In this document: piece after piece, positions 1-13,616 of the stretch
Layout: each line of letters starts with the position of its first letter
How positions within the stretch are numbered: position 1 is the first letter of the stretch
Assembly (NCBI GenBank): GCA_964016885.1
Contig: OZ024746.1
Span: forward strand, 50,034,001 to 50,098,000
Source: Eledone cirrhosa
Lineage: Eukaryota
Length of the DNA stretch: 64,000 bases
Direction of reading: 5' to 3'
Program-made: the position numbers and the translations under genes
The notes under the pieces: generated by a model
What the model saw: the letters and a program-made list of their open reading frames with translations, nothing else
The model's database searches: none
Told to the model about the DNA's origin: nothing

Positions 1-28
1 CTTCAATCATATGTCAGCTCGATCAAAA

Positions 29-142
29 CTATCTATCTATCTATCAGTATGTATGTAGCATGTATCTCTCTTCTCCCCCCACCCCTCTCTATATATATAT
101 ACACACACACATATATATGTATGTATGTATGTATGTATGTGC

Positions 143-223
<81 letters not shown>

Positions 224-240
224 TGTGTGTGTGTGTGTAT
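29..240. repeat. Compound microsatellite (TATC)n/(TA)n/(TATG)n/(TG)n
   Basis: Directly visible simple repeats. Confidence 0.95.
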
Positions 241-803
241 GTATATTATGGATATTGTTTTAAACATAAATGTTGCTACCTACGGTTTCAAACCTTGCGT
301 GTATGCTAGATTGTAGTTTGCATCGTTATGTTTCAGTCAAATGTAAACAATGACCGACGCTATTAACGTGAGATCTCGTTAGATGCAAGAGGGATAATTC
401 TGTGTTTTAATTAATCTCTTGTGTTCCTAATACAAAGTGTATAACTCTTGCTAGTAACATAGTTAATGAGTTATTAAACTGTCCTAACTCAGAAGAAATG
501 ACTGTTGCTAATATGGTGTATTATGATGTGTATTAAAGTAAACTATTAATTATGTGTATATATGCTAGTGCGTGTATGCCTTAATGCGCATCTTTGTGTC
601 ATTTGATGGGTATTTTCTATTAACTAGCGGCATATCTGAAACTGAATGACAGTACTTTTTAATCTGAACATGTATATCAGGACGGACCAGCAAATCCATC
701 GCCAATAAAATACTTTAAGGCAAAAAAAAAACGGAAAAAAGAAAGATAATGAAGTAGCCATTGGCAAACGTATTTGTTTCGTCACATGTCATCTTCATAC
801 AAT

Positions 804-1130
<327 letters not shown>

Positions 1131-1197
1131 TTACTCCGTCACTCCTATGTGGAAAAAGTACGTTGAGTGCTTGAATTGAATTGCATCAATATTTACC

Positions 1198-1266
<69 letters not shown>

Positions 1267-1393
1267 TGCTAGGGAAAGGATCAGGGGTGTATAACACTCC
1301 ACTTATCCAGCAGGCAGTATGAGGTAAGCTCAATGTCTGAGGACAGAGCCGTAATATAATAAATAACAAAGAACGCTTATAGCATATGCATAT

Positions 1394-1451
1394 CTTTACT
1401 TGCTAACATTGTTTCATCCGCACTATAAGTGGGACTCATCAGAGCATAAAG
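1394..1451 (-). ncRNA. Type I minimal hammerhead ribozyme (mirror copy of 4101-4158)
   Basis: Reverse complement reads ctttatgct-CTGATGA-gtcccacttatagtgcggat-GAAA-caatg-TT-agcaagtaaag. Confidence 0.7.
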
Positions 1452-1995
1452 GTTAATTACATACCATACAAGCAATAACAAATCCAAGACATTGAAGAAT
1501 GAAAGGTAATAATAGACGATAAAGGATAAGAATAAAAATAAAAGTAAAAATAAAAATAAGGGGTGCTATCAGTTACAGTTGGGCGGGGTGCTGTCAACAT
1601 ATAGTTACATACAAGCATACACATGGATAAGAGAACAGACAAGAGTAGACACATGGATAAGAGAACAGACAAGAGTAGATAAGATAATGGGATTAGGTAA
1701 GAGTAGGTAAAAAATAGGTAAAAAATAGGTGAAAAACAGACTTATAATATATATAAATAAGAAAATATAAAGAAATACAAAGAAATACATAACAAACTTA
1801 CATATAAAATAAAGGGTAAGGAATGAGATAAAATAATATAAAATTAAAATTAAAAATTATATACATAGAACATAATATAATATAATCGTAAAATAAGATA
1901 AAATAAGGTAAACTAAAATCAAATAACATAGACTAAATTAAAATAATATAATATAAGATATAATTAAATGTATAATTAAATGTAATTAAATGTAA

Positions 1996-2051
<56 letters not shown>

Positions 2052-2789
2052 AAATTAAATAAATAAAATTAAAATTTAAATTTTAAATTTAAATTTAAAT
2101 TTAAATAAATAAATAAATAAATAAATAAATGGAGTCAAGTAAGTAAATAAATAAAATTAGATAACATGAAATGAAATAAAATAAAATGAAATAAAGTAAA
2201 TTGAGATAAGATATATATTTTTTTAGAATATATCTCTTGAATATATCAGGGGCCCACGAAGGCACTAAGTGTCACAGTTATGTGTATCACTTGACCAATT
2301 TTTTAAAATATATTTCTTGAAAACATCAGGGGCCCACGAAGGCACTAAGTGTCACAGTCACCAGTATCACTTGACCATTGCAAGGCAATGGAGGCGTCCC
2401 AGGTTGGGCAGTCTCGAAAGTTCACTCGAAAGTCATGGGTGTGCATTCACACAGTTGAGCGGTGGGGTAATCACAAACCGGTTCACACACGGGCAGGAGT
2501 CCAATGGTCAGAGAGAGGTGCATCGAAGGAGGTAGAAGAATTCACGTGCATTAGCAAGCGAGGTGCAGGCGGGTTAAAGCAAGCAGACACAGTTGTAGCG
2601 CATACAAAATATATATAAAAAGACATCTCATCGTATGTATTTGTTTTGAATGTATTACCTGTGGTGGTGGGTCTGGTCTAATGTGGTATTTCGGTGTTTA
2701 ATATCGGCTTTGACCCGGGTGTCCTACGCTGTGTGTGTGTCCGTGTATACATTTATATGTGTATGGGTGTAGGTGGTTATATGTGTCTG

Positions 2790-2820
<31 letters not shown>

Positions 2821-3517
2821 GTATACCGTCTCTGCATATGCATGTGGTGTGTATACGTGCATATACGTGCTGAACATATTGATGTGTACAATCTTGTGAT
2901 GTCCCAATGCGGTGACTTAATGGCTCTTGAAGCTATTTTTTATATATCTTCTGTCTTTTTATATATATTTTGTATGCGCTACAACTGTGTCTGCTTGCTT
3001 TAACCCGCCTGCACCTCGCTTGCTAATGCACGTGAATTCTTCTACCTCCTTCGATGCACCTCTCTCTGACTCCTGCCCGTGTGTGAACCGGTTTGTGATT
3101 ACCCCACCGCTCAACTGTGTGAATGCACACCCATGACTTTCGAGTGAACTTTCGAGACTGCCCAACCTGGGACGCCTCCATTGCCTTGCAATGGCCAAGT
3201 GATACTGGTGACTGTGACACTTAGTGCCTTCGTGGGCCCCTGATGTTTTCAAGAAATATATTTTAAAAAATTGGTCAAGTGATACACATAACTGTGACAC
3301 TTAGTGCCTTCGTGGGCCCCTGATATATTCAAGAGATATATTCTAAAAAAATATATATCTTATCTCAATTTACTTTATTTCATTTTATTTTATTTCATTT
3401 CATGTTATCTAATTTTATTTATTTACTTACTTGACTCCATTTATTTATTTATTTATTTATTTATTTAAATTTAAATTTTAATTTAAAATTTAAATTTTAA
3501 TTTTATTTATTTAATTT

Positions 3518-3569
<52 letters not shown>

Positions 3570-4100
3570 TTACATTTAATTACATTTAATTATACATTTA
3601 ATTATATCTTATATTATATTATTTTAATTTAGTCTATGTTATTTGATTTTAGTTTACCTTATTTTATCTTATTTTACGATTATATTATATTATGTTCTAT
3701 GTATATAATTTTTAATTTTAATTTTATATTCCTTACCCTATATTTTATATGTAAGTTTGTTATGTATTTCTTTGTATTTCTTTATATTTTCTTATTTATA
3801 TATATTATAAGTCTGTTTTTCACCTATTTTTTACCTATTTTTTACCTACTCTTACCTAATCCCATTATCTTATCTACTCTTGTCTGTTCTCTTATCCATG
3901 TGTCTACTCTTGTCTGTTCTCTTATCCATGTGTATGCTTGTATGTAACTATATGTTGACAGCACCCCGCCCAGCTGTGACTGATAGCACCCCTTATTTTT
4001 ATTTTTACTTTTATTTTTATTCTTATCCTTTATCGTCTATTATTACCTTTCATTCTTCAATGTCTTGGATTTGTTATTGCTTGTATGGTATGTAATTAAC

Positions 4101-4158
4101 CTTTATGCTCTGATGAGTCCCACTTATAGTGCGGATGAAACAATGTTAGCAAGTAAAG
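4101..4158 (+). ncRNA. Type I minimal hammerhead ribozyme
   Basis: Stem I tgct/agca extended by cttta/taaag; CUGAUGA core; stem II; GAAA; very short stem III; GUU site. Confidence 0.7.
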
Positions 4159-4190
4159 ATATGCATATGCTATAAGCGTTCTTTGTTATT

Positions 4191-4249
<59 letters not shown>

Positions 4250-4480
4250 TACATATATATATTAATATGTATGTATATATATATTTAAATATATACACAA
4301 ATACACATGCATATATATATATATAAGAGAGTGTTGTGGTTTGTTTGGAGAATTGTGTTATAAGTGCAAAAAGGACGGTAAATAAAATACCAGGTGACAG
4401 ACCAGCATCTTTGTTGCCTTCAGTATATTCCTCATTCTACCTTCCATTTTCCATTGTCGTAGCCTTCAAATAACATACTG

Positions 4481-4618
<138 letters not shown>

Positions 4619-4707
4619 CGAAGGAAATGTGGTAAGGAACCAGGTGGACCATAACGCACAAAAGTACTCAATACTTAGGGTAGTAGAGTGGGTAATTGGA
4701 ACGAGTA

Positions 4708-4810
4708 GGACCCCGACGGCTGAGCTCAAGCCGTTTCGACGGCTAATTCTGGACTAAATGAAAATTGTTATCCTGGTATATGAATAGCCGAGCTTCTCAG
4801 GGGTAATTCC
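4708..4810 (-). ncRNA. Degenerate hammerhead-like motif with long stem II
   Basis: accc-CTGAGAA-g..cggcta...tagccg-tc-GAAA-cggct..agccg-TC-ggggt; G8 is A without a compensating U3. Confidence 0.5.
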
Positions 4811-5941
4811 ATATATGGTAAAAGTGATTGTCACAAGGATTGGTCAAAAGTTTGTTGTTGAGACACATAATTCTATCATGGCAATTTGTGGAGGGAAGGG
4901 GTAGCTGAACCTGCCAGTAGAAGAAAGAGGGAGAGGGGGTGGAGGAAACCCAGTCGTGCGTTGATAGTGCCAACTACAGCTGGGCAGGAGGTCAAAGAAG
5001 TATACTAGGGAGGGGGCGGTGGAGGAAGTCGAAACAATAAGTAAAACAATATGGGGTAAATATATAGAAAAATACCGAGAATGTTGAAAAACAAGTAAAA
5101 AAAAAAAGAATTCTGGTTACTATAACCTAAGGACAGCTATCAAGTCTCTCACTGGTACTGCTAGACTAAAGAAAGGTTTACTAGGTGGGACGGAATTATA
5201 ATGAGACTCTTTTAAGAGGTATAAGTAATCAACCGAGTATATCTTACGGTGACGCTTCGACAAGTGGGGGGCCAAAATACTAAAGAAACTACCACGAAAT
5301 AATAATTCAGAGTCCAGAGACCAGTACGAAATAAAGGTTTCTACCCCAGGCACAAGGCCAGCAACCACCCAGTGCAAAAAAAATAAACTAATACGAAATA
5401 ATAATTCAGAATCCCGAAAAAGAATACTAATACTATTTCTAAGGGTGCCGCCACGATACAAAAATTCTAGTACAAACTACATAAATGCTCGTACGAAGTA
5501 TATGAAAAATTTGATACGGAAAATTAATTCAGAATCCCCCCCCCCCCAAAAAAAAATACTGATATACGAGAAATTAAAGCAAAGACATCACTAAGAAATA
5601 TAGAAAGCACGGAAAAGGGGCAGCCATCGGATAAGAAGGCAAGTATCCGGGGTCTAACACATCTGCTATAAAAAGCGGAGTCGGCCAATTCTATCATAGA
5701 ATAGGGGAAGGGATGTGGGTACTGAGGCTACAAAAGACCGAGGGGCTGCCTCGGGTGGGCGAGAAAGTGAAAAGGACGACGACAAAGAAAGAGGACTGGT
5801 GTGGAAGGACTAGGGTGGGATGGGGGGAAGAAGGAAATATAGAGGAAGCGATAAAAAGATATAAAAGAAGATCTTACGTCTACCTTTGCAAGCAGGGGTT
5901 ACCCATTACAAAATCGGCAAGTGGGGTGTTATAGCCCTAGT

Positions 5942-6581
5942 CTAACCTCCCCCCCCCCCCGGGTCATTATGGGGTTTGAGGGCGAGGTAAGTCGTACGCA
6001 ATCTGTGTTTACATGCAGTTACCAGTTCATCTTTCTTGTTTAGGAGTTGGTCCGTCGAAAACAGCATTTGTAAAGTTTCCTCCGAGCATAAATTGCACGG
6101 ACGGCGTCCTCCCGTGTAAGAGTTGGCTCTGGACAGTAAGCTCCAAGTGAGATCATAGGTAATATTGTTATCCTTGAGGTCCCATATGTGGCCCGAAAGT
6201 GTAGTGGCGTGATGTCGGGCCGGGTTTCGGAAGGTCTGTCTGTGTTGGTATAGCCGGGTCTTGAAGTCACATGCGGTTAATCCTATATAAGCTTTGTTGG
6301 AGGTGTCCGTCCTCACGTTGCACTGGTAGATCACATTACGATCTCTGCATCTGTTGTCGAGGGGGCAAATTGATCCATCAGGACAGTTGCACCTCCTGGT
6401 CGGCTCTCCACTGCTATTTAGGTTATTTATTCCATAGGGGTTGAGTTTTTTGTTGTTAGAGGAGACGATGTTTTGTGCAAAGTTTGGTGTGGTGCTGTAG
6501 GAGAGTTTGATGGTATTTTTGTTAATTATGTTGTGGTAGCGGTGTTGTAGTGGGAAGTGTTTTTCAATGAGCCTAAAGTAG

Positions 6582-6583
<2 letters not shown>
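5942..6583 (-). CDS. PLE C-terminal region: Cys-rich linker plus GIY-YIG endonuclease (5'-truncated)
   Basis: Frame is open upstream of the listed ORF: RLIEKHFP..NTIKLSYS..CNCPDGSICPLDNRC..VIYQC..YIGLT..FKTRLYQH..CNLCSEE..LN. Confidence 0.85.
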
Positions 6584-6620
<37 letters not shown>

Positions 6621-6628
<8 letters not shown>

Positions 6629-6979
6629 TAAAATAGATGTTCTTTTGATCAATTACATTTTATTATGTATATTTCGGATGTACAACAGTACGTCCTCATC
6701 AGACAAAATATAATGATACATGACAAACCCTGAGATATTAAATGGTTAAGATTTAATCAAGGTAGTGATTAACCCAAGAGAAAATTTTACATATATAGCC
6801 TAATATATATGTAAAATTTTCTCCTGGGTTAATCACTACCTTGATTAAATCTTAACCATTTAACATCTCAGGGTATGTCATGTATCATTATATTTTGTCT
6901 GATGAGGACGTACTGTTGTACCTCCGAAATATGTATAATAAAATGTAATTGATCAAAAGAACATCTATTTTATTAATAT
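6621..6979. mobile_element. Fold-back of a ~177-bp HHR-containing unit (6621-6797 / 6805-6979) with a right-hand tail to ~7095
   Basis: Arms are near-perfect reverse complements; (TA)n flanks. Confidence 0.8.
6891..6941 (+). ncRNA. Minimal hammerhead motif (mirror copy on - strand at ~6660-6710)
   Basis: tattttgt-CTGATGA-gga.gtac-tgtt-gtac.tcc-GAAA-tatg-TA-taataa; stem I/III register uncertain. Confidence 0.6.
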
Positions 6980-7089
6980 TTATATTTTAATATTAATAAC
7001 TCCGGAACATTATTTTTTTCGTAGAGTGCTTCCAATCTACTGTAAAACTCATTCTTTGACATAATCATTGAATATCGTTTAACACTTTA

Positions 7090-7164
<75 letters not shown>

Positions 7165-7397
7165 TTATATATATAATATATTTTAACATTATATATATAT
7201 ATATATACATATATAATGTATATAATATATTATATATATATGTATGTATATATATATGTAATGTATATAATATATTATATATATGTGTATATATATATAT
7301 TTATATACGCACATATATATATATTATATATTATATACATTATATATACTGTATATATATATATATACATATATATATATGTATATACCGTATATCC

Positions 7398-7442
<45 letters not shown>

Positions 7443-7673
7443 ATGTTAGTGGGTAATTTCATTATATAATTTATTGATTTCTTATATCATTTCATCAAGG
7501 ATTGCGGTATATTTATTCGTGTAGCCACTGATGTCCTGTATTGTCATGATTTAGAAATGTACTCCTCAACCAAATAATCCTGTGTTTTCATAAACCTGAG
7601 CGGGATTTGGGTGTAAATAGAGTTAATAAGGCGGTGTTTTCTCTGACGATCTAGTTTCTGACGTTACATACAT

Positions 7674-7718
<45 letters not shown>

Positions 7719-7848
7719 CTGTATATATAAACCAGGATAGTATCAGTTTAAAACTAACTGTTAAAACAGCAAGAGCTCAGTTGTCTGGTCCCGACTCTTT
7801 ATAATTTCTCTCTCTATATCTTTATATATCTACCTGTCTGACTACATG

Positions 7849-7962
<114 letters not shown>

Positions 7963-8030
7963 TAAGTCTGTATGTATATATATGTATGTAGTATGTATGT
8001 ATGGATGTATGTAGTATGCATGTATGTATG

Positions 8031-8064
<34 letters not shown>

Positions 8065-8097
8065 TGTATGTATGTATGTATGTATGTATGTATGTAT

Positions 8098-8704
8098 GTC
8101 AGGTCACCAGTTGGTGCTACTGGTAACATGTATCCCAGTACAACCTGTCTCATGGTCGGGTCGTTGGCGACTAAACTGGCAACCCCACCAAGGTCTCTTG
8201 GTGAGGAGGGTGACTGGACATCCTGCACGACTAAAAACAAAACCTGTCAAAGGGCAAAGGAGCTCTTAAGAGTCAATGACCATCCAAAATCACCGGGAGA
8301 GATGACCCCTTAGCCTTTGTCAAGGCAGAATTCTAGGAGAAGGAAAACTCTGATGTAACACCTGCAACCCTGATGGTATCCAATTGATGTTGACTTGTTC
8401 TTCTTTTTGGTAAATATCATCTTAGTTAAGAGAGTGGGACTGGCTTTGTGCAGTGCCTTTGCTCACTATAAAAGCTTCACAGCACAGGCATTGCTTTGTA
8501 TCTGGAGATCTCTCTGCACTTGTCGTCACATGGTACCATGGGCCCAGCACTGTGTCAATAATTGTCACAAGTGTAGTGTCTGTACCAGAGTTTTCGAAGT
8601 CGCTGGCTGGACTAAAAAGTCACATTCGTTCAGCGCATCGGTAGGGGTACTCCTACATGGATATAAAGTAGTGGCCGTACTCGAAAACGAGTTGGCAGCC
8701 ACCA
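8098..8704 (+). mobile_element. Internally deleted non-autonomous RTE-like element in (TATG)n
   Basis: RTE-like 5' leader joined to a C2H2 terminus (HKCSVCTRVF/KSLAGLKSHIRSAHR*); (TATG)n tail; relatives at 34324 and 34883. Confidence 0.7.
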
Positions 8705-9232
8705 TGTATGTATGTATGTATGTATTTAACTATTAGGTTATTTAATCATGCTAATTAATTTTTCGACACATGTAAATGTTAATATATTTATAATGATGAC
8801 TGTTGGTTTTTATGGCAATAATGTGGAAGAAAATGTAGATTGCCAGTCAAAAAACCTTGCAGCGTTTAGTTACGTGTCTTTTTCGTTCTCAGTTAAACCT
8901 TCATTGATCACTCAGTGATAATACCACGACTATATCATCTGTACAGTGAAAGGGGAACTCATTTTTGTTTTTAAAGTAAAGCGAATCGAAACCGCCTTGT
9001 GATTTCGGTTTTGCTTTTTATATTCATGCTTAGATCTTGCTCTGTGGTGTCAGTCATCTCCTTATAACCAGCAATTTCTCTGTCTGTCTGTCCGACAGTG
9101 GAAACACGTGCGCGCTTGCGAATGTTTTTTGCGCACGCGTAGAGAGAGAGTGGGAGAGTGAGAGTGAAAGAAAGAGACAGACTACAAGAGGGGGATAGCG
9201 GGAGAGAGAGAGGGGGAATTGAGGAGTACTAC

Positions 9233-9336
9233 AGAAACATATATACATTTCTCTGTGTGTGTAATATATATATATATATACACACACAGAAATATATATA
9301 TATACACACAGAAATATATATACATTTCTGTGTGTG

Positions 9337-9385
<49 letters not shown>

Positions 9386-10087
9386 GAAATGTATATATAT
9401 TTCTGTGTGTATATATATATTATACACACAGAAATATATATACATCCCTTAGCTACTGTACTGTATCTGTTGCTATCTCTCTCTCTCTCTCTCTCTCCAG
9501 CTATCCCTCTCTTTTAGTCTGTCTGTTTCTCTCACTCTCACTCTTTCTCTTTGTAACACACTAACATTCCTCCCCTCTATCGCTGTGACGAATGGGGAGG
9601 ATCAGGAGAGAGTCACTTCGTCACTTCACCTCTGCCTTTCTTTCTCTCCCCTCTCACTCCCTCATTACGTACAGACATTAGGGCGGTGGATTGGCAGGAT
9701 CTGTAGAGAGTCGAATACCATGCTTCATAGCATGGAGTTACGTCCCTTTACGGTCTGAGTTCAAATACCGCCGAGATTAACTTTGCCTTTCATCCTCACG
9801 GGGTCGATAAAATAAAGTACCAGTAATGTACTGGGTCTTTGCTGGCCTTGTGCCAAAAGTAGAAACAATTATTAGAAACATTGCTTCATTTTTGCATATC
9901 TAAGCATTAGTAAAATAACTAATAATTTCAAAAGTAATTTTTCAATTCCAATTGTTATGAACAGCAAAATATTAATAATAATTTTGTTCTAAGAAATATA
10001 TATACATTTCTGTGTGTGTAATATATATATACACACACAGAAATATATATATATACACACAGAAATATATATACATTTCTGTGTGTG

Positions 10088-10132
<45 letters not shown>

Positions 10133-10200
10133 GAAATATATATATACATTTCTGTGTGTGTAATATATATATATATATATATACACACACAGAAATATAT
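9233..10200. repeat. Quasi-palindromic minisatellite TTTCTGTGTGTGTA(AT)nACACACACAGAAA in two blocks (9233-9445, 9993-10200)
   Basis: Directly visible repeated hairpin units. Confidence 0.85.
9681..9874 (+). mobile_element. tRNA-type SINE, family S1
   Basis: A-box-like ggattggcaggatc, B box gagttcaaatacc, core gcctttcatcct..gggtcgataaa, tail ggccttgtgccaaaagtagaaacaattatta. Confidence 0.85.
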
Positions 10201-10454
10201 GGGCATTTCTCTGTTTGTCTGTCTGTCTGTCCTTCCCTAAAACTCAAATGTAGGTGGTACAGAAATATTACCTTCCCCTTCCTTTCTCCACTTTGGTACT
10301 ACCAAGAGAAACACTGTCGCTATAGAAATATTACCTTCCCCTCTCCACTGACTTTGGTCACTGAGGCCGAGGGAATCGCTGGTTGCTATAGAGACACCTT
10401 GCACAAGCCAGAAGTAACCAGTTCGAGGCGGTTCTGACTTGACACCATGCCAAG

Positions 10455-10967
10455 TCTACTTATAATATATAATGGGCATTTCTCTGTTTGTTTGTCTGTC
10501 TGTCCGTCTGTAAAAAATGCCAAGGAAACAAATAGACGCGGTTTCAAATCTCTATGCTTTTCAATTCATTACATTAATCTTTATTTATACGTTTCGCTTT
10601 ACGAGTGTTTCGACTTACGAGTGTTTCGGCTTACGAGTGTTTCGGCTTATCATTATATATAAACGTTTCTATTTCCATCGTTTTATCGTAAACGTTTATA
10701 TATTTCCATCGTTATATCATAACGTTTATGTATCATAACGTTTATATTTCCGTCACTAATCTCTTTTTCTCCTTTTTCGTTTTAACATATATTTATTTCA
10801 AAGATTTCACCGTATAGATAACATATATATTTATACATGCATAAAAGACACACCGAGAGACGGTGAACATGTGGTGCCGAAAACATTTCTCATCCAAATT
10901 TCAACAATATCAGTATATACACTAGATTTGCTAGCAGAAAACCGCTCACCGGGTGGTTTTCTGCTAG
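10455..10967 (+). mobile_element. Non-autonomous Helitron-like element
   Basis: 5' TCTACTTATAATATATAA..(CTGT)n; 3' hairpin 10931-10967 ending CTAG; internal 16-bp repeat gtttcgNcttacgagt x4. Confidence 0.55.
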
Positions 10968-11225
10968 TCTATATATATAAAAGCAAGTCGGTCTGTGTGT
11001 GTGTGTGTGTCTGTCTGTGTACAAATACTAGGCTCCTTTTAACTTTTGAAGTACTAGGCCGATTTCAACCAAAATTGGCACACATATTGCTTATATGCCA
11101 GAGCAGGTTTTGGACAAAAACAAATTTGAAAAAATATTGGGGCCGAAAAATCGATTTTGCATGTGTGTCTGTGTACAAATACTAGGCTACTTTTAACTTT
11201 TTCAAACCCCGGGTAAATCTGCTAG
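10968..11225 (+). mobile_element. Non-autonomous Helitron-like element
   Basis: 5' TCTATATATATAAAA, (TG)n/CTGT, ccgatttcaaccaaaattggcac; 3' accccgggt..CTAG followed by T. Confidence 0.6.
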
Positions 11226-12828
11226 TATATAATATACGAACTTACCACGACCAACAAAAGGTCAGGTAAAACGAATGACTAATCTTTAGTAGCTCTTGTT
11301 AATTCATTTATTGTAAGCATACGCTCACAAACACACACCTACGCACACATAAGTACATACACAAACACATAAACGCACACACATTTATGCACGCATGGTC
11401 TTACTCATTTTATTTGCTTACCTTTCTCTCCTTTTCAATTTATGTGATGTAATATAGATTGATGAAAGCAAGTGCAGTCTTGATGTTCGCACTCAACAGA
11501 AATATCACAAATATATAAAACAATCCCATCTTTTTCTCTTACTTACAGAACATTAATTGATGTCTGTAATCTAATTACAAATTAGTTCAAACAGTAAATT
11601 ACCAGTAACCCATTAATGAAGTTCGACAGAAACTAATGTTTATGTATTTGGTGATGTAAATAAAGCATTCGCTTATCATATAAATCAGTTTCGTGACACA
11701 GATGTTGTAAACGCAAAGAGAAATATTTAGCGGCAAAGGTGAGTGTTTTTCTGAATCTTTCTGATTCTTGAAATTAAAATAGATTGATGTATTAAAATAT
11801 TTAAGCCGTATATCTATTCCCGTCTGCTGTCACTAACACTAGCAAGAAATTACTAGATGGATTTTATCCAGTATTACAATTTCTATTAGATCATCACCGT
11901 AAACATGTAGTCTGTCTCCCAAAGTATTGTTGATTCTGTTGTTCCTTTGCTAAATTTATCTATACCATCTTTAGGTAATTCTCTTTCCTAGCATACTTTA
12001 ATGGAGATATTTCTGCAGTATTTCCACGGACAAAGTAACCCTACTTGTTACCCGTTTTGCACCCACTTGCCAAACCAACCCTTTCTTCTCTATCACTCAC
12101 ACCTCCTTGTACACAGATACACATGTGCGAAAGCACCCCAAGTCGCTAGTAAAACTAATAGCTCTTGTGTCCCATTTCCAAGAGAGCAACGTCTCAAACA
12201 CTGCCAATTATCACCCCTCGCATTCCCAACAACCCAAATATGAGAGTGACAGCCATTAATAACAACCTTCTCCAACATTTTGAATACCTCCCCTTTTTAA
12301 TGATTAATAGTACCGCCAATCGTCTGGTCATCACAAACATCTACAAGCAAAAGGATGATATTAGTGACTATATTTGTGCACGTTTAGATACTGAATAAAG
12401 ACTACATCACGAGAGCTATAGTTACAAGAAAATACACTTTAAATACTCTTTCAAATAAAGGTAAATAAAAGTTACATAGTTTTGACTTTAATGATTATAT
12501 ATTTAGCACTAATGGATATTTGATAGAAAATATTTTTTACATTAAAAACAATAAAAATGGTTCAAGGGTTTCCTTTGAATAACAGGAATTTTGGCATTGA
12601 AAACCATTACATGCATACACACACATATCCCCCCCCCCCCTCTATATATATATAAATATATATATAAAATTAGAATTGGTGCTCTGAAATAGCTATATAT
12701 ATATGAATGTATATATAGTGTATTTTGCAATACACTGTATGCTTAATTAAAAGCATTTCGAAGACCTTATGCTATTGTTCTAGAGTAGTGATAGTCTCAC
12801 TTTAATTTTCAGCAAACAGGGGAGATAA

Positions 12829-12873
12829 AGCCGACAGAGTCCTGTTTCGCATTTGTTGATGCTTATCAAGGCT
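12829..12873 (-). ncRNA. Type I hammerhead, U3-A8 variant (array A unit 1)
   Basis: Reverse complement of the motif at 13447-13491. Confidence 0.85.
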
Positions 12874-13150
12874 AACTACTCCTCCTGTTTGCTGAAAATT
12901 ATGGATGTTTGATTCTTATAGAATTCTAGTAAATAATTAGGAACTGATTATACAGAGCGGTTGCCGGTCAAGCAGAAATTGAAAATTGGAATTGGTGCTC
13001 TGAAATAGCTATATATATATACGAATGTATATATAGTGTGTTTTGTAATACACTGTATGCTTAATTAAAAGCATTTAGGTGACCTTATGCTATTGTTTTA
13101 GAGTAGTGATAGTCTCACTTACTTTAATTTTCAGCAAACAGGGAAGATAA

Positions 13151-13195
13151 AGCCGACAGAGCCCTGTTTCGCATTTGTTGATGCTTATCAAGGCT
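13151..13195 (-). ncRNA. Type I hammerhead, U3-A8 variant (array A unit 2)
   Basis: Reverse complement of the motif at 13447-13491. Confidence 0.85.
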
Positions 13196-13446
13196 AAGTA
13201 TTCCTCCTGTTTGCCGAAAATCGTGGATGTTCGATTCTTATAGAATTCTAGTAAATAATCATGAACTGATTATACAGAGCGGTTGCCGGTCAAGCAGAAA
13301 TTGAAAATTAGAATGGGTGCTCTGAAATAGCTATATATATATTTCTATTTGACCGGCAACCGCTCTGCATAATCAGTTCCTGATTATTTACTAGAATTCT
13401 ATAAGAATCAAACATCCATGATTTTCGGCAAACAGGAGGAGTAGTT

Positions 13447-13491
13447 AGCCTTGATAAGCATCAACAAATGCGAAACAGGGCTCTGTCGGCT
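13447..13491 (+). ncRNA. Type I hammerhead, U3-A8 variant (array A inverted unit)
   Basis: agcc-TTGATAA-gcat-caacaa-atgc-GAAA-cag-ggct-ctg-TC-ggct; all three stems pair; GUC site. Confidence 0.85.
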
Positions 13492-13616
13492 TTATCTCCC
13501 CTGTTTGCTGAAAATTAAAGTAAGTGAGACTATCACTACTCTAAAACAATAACATAAGGTCTTCGAAATGCTTTTAATTAAGCATACAGTGTATTGCAAA
13601 TTACACTATATATACA

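Larger units (their letters stand above)
1263..4198. mobile_element. Non-coding fold-back element, probably PLE-derived: ~1.25-kb inverted arms (1354-2625 / 2952-4198), ~325-bp spacer, HHR near each outer end
   Basis: Arms are reverse complements with a few substitutions and an 8-nt indel near 2502; flanked by (TA)n; spacer has a possible KPILN* GIY-YIG terminus on the - strand. Confidence 0.75.

Noticed and set aside
2269-3300. Mirror ORFs in the palindrome arms
   Set aside because: The frame is broken by an 8-nt indel between arms, and there are no recognisable motifs
9681-9780. tRNA genes
   Set aside because: The A and B boxes belong to dispersed SINE heads; no cloverleaf is evident
10590-10750. 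CRISPR-like short repeats
   Set aside because: Tandem units without unique spacers in a eukaryotic context
11230-12660. Host exons in unique AT-rich DNA (also 25.1-30.7 kb)
   Set aside because: No recognisable coding signal; small exons cannot be excluded without RNA-seq
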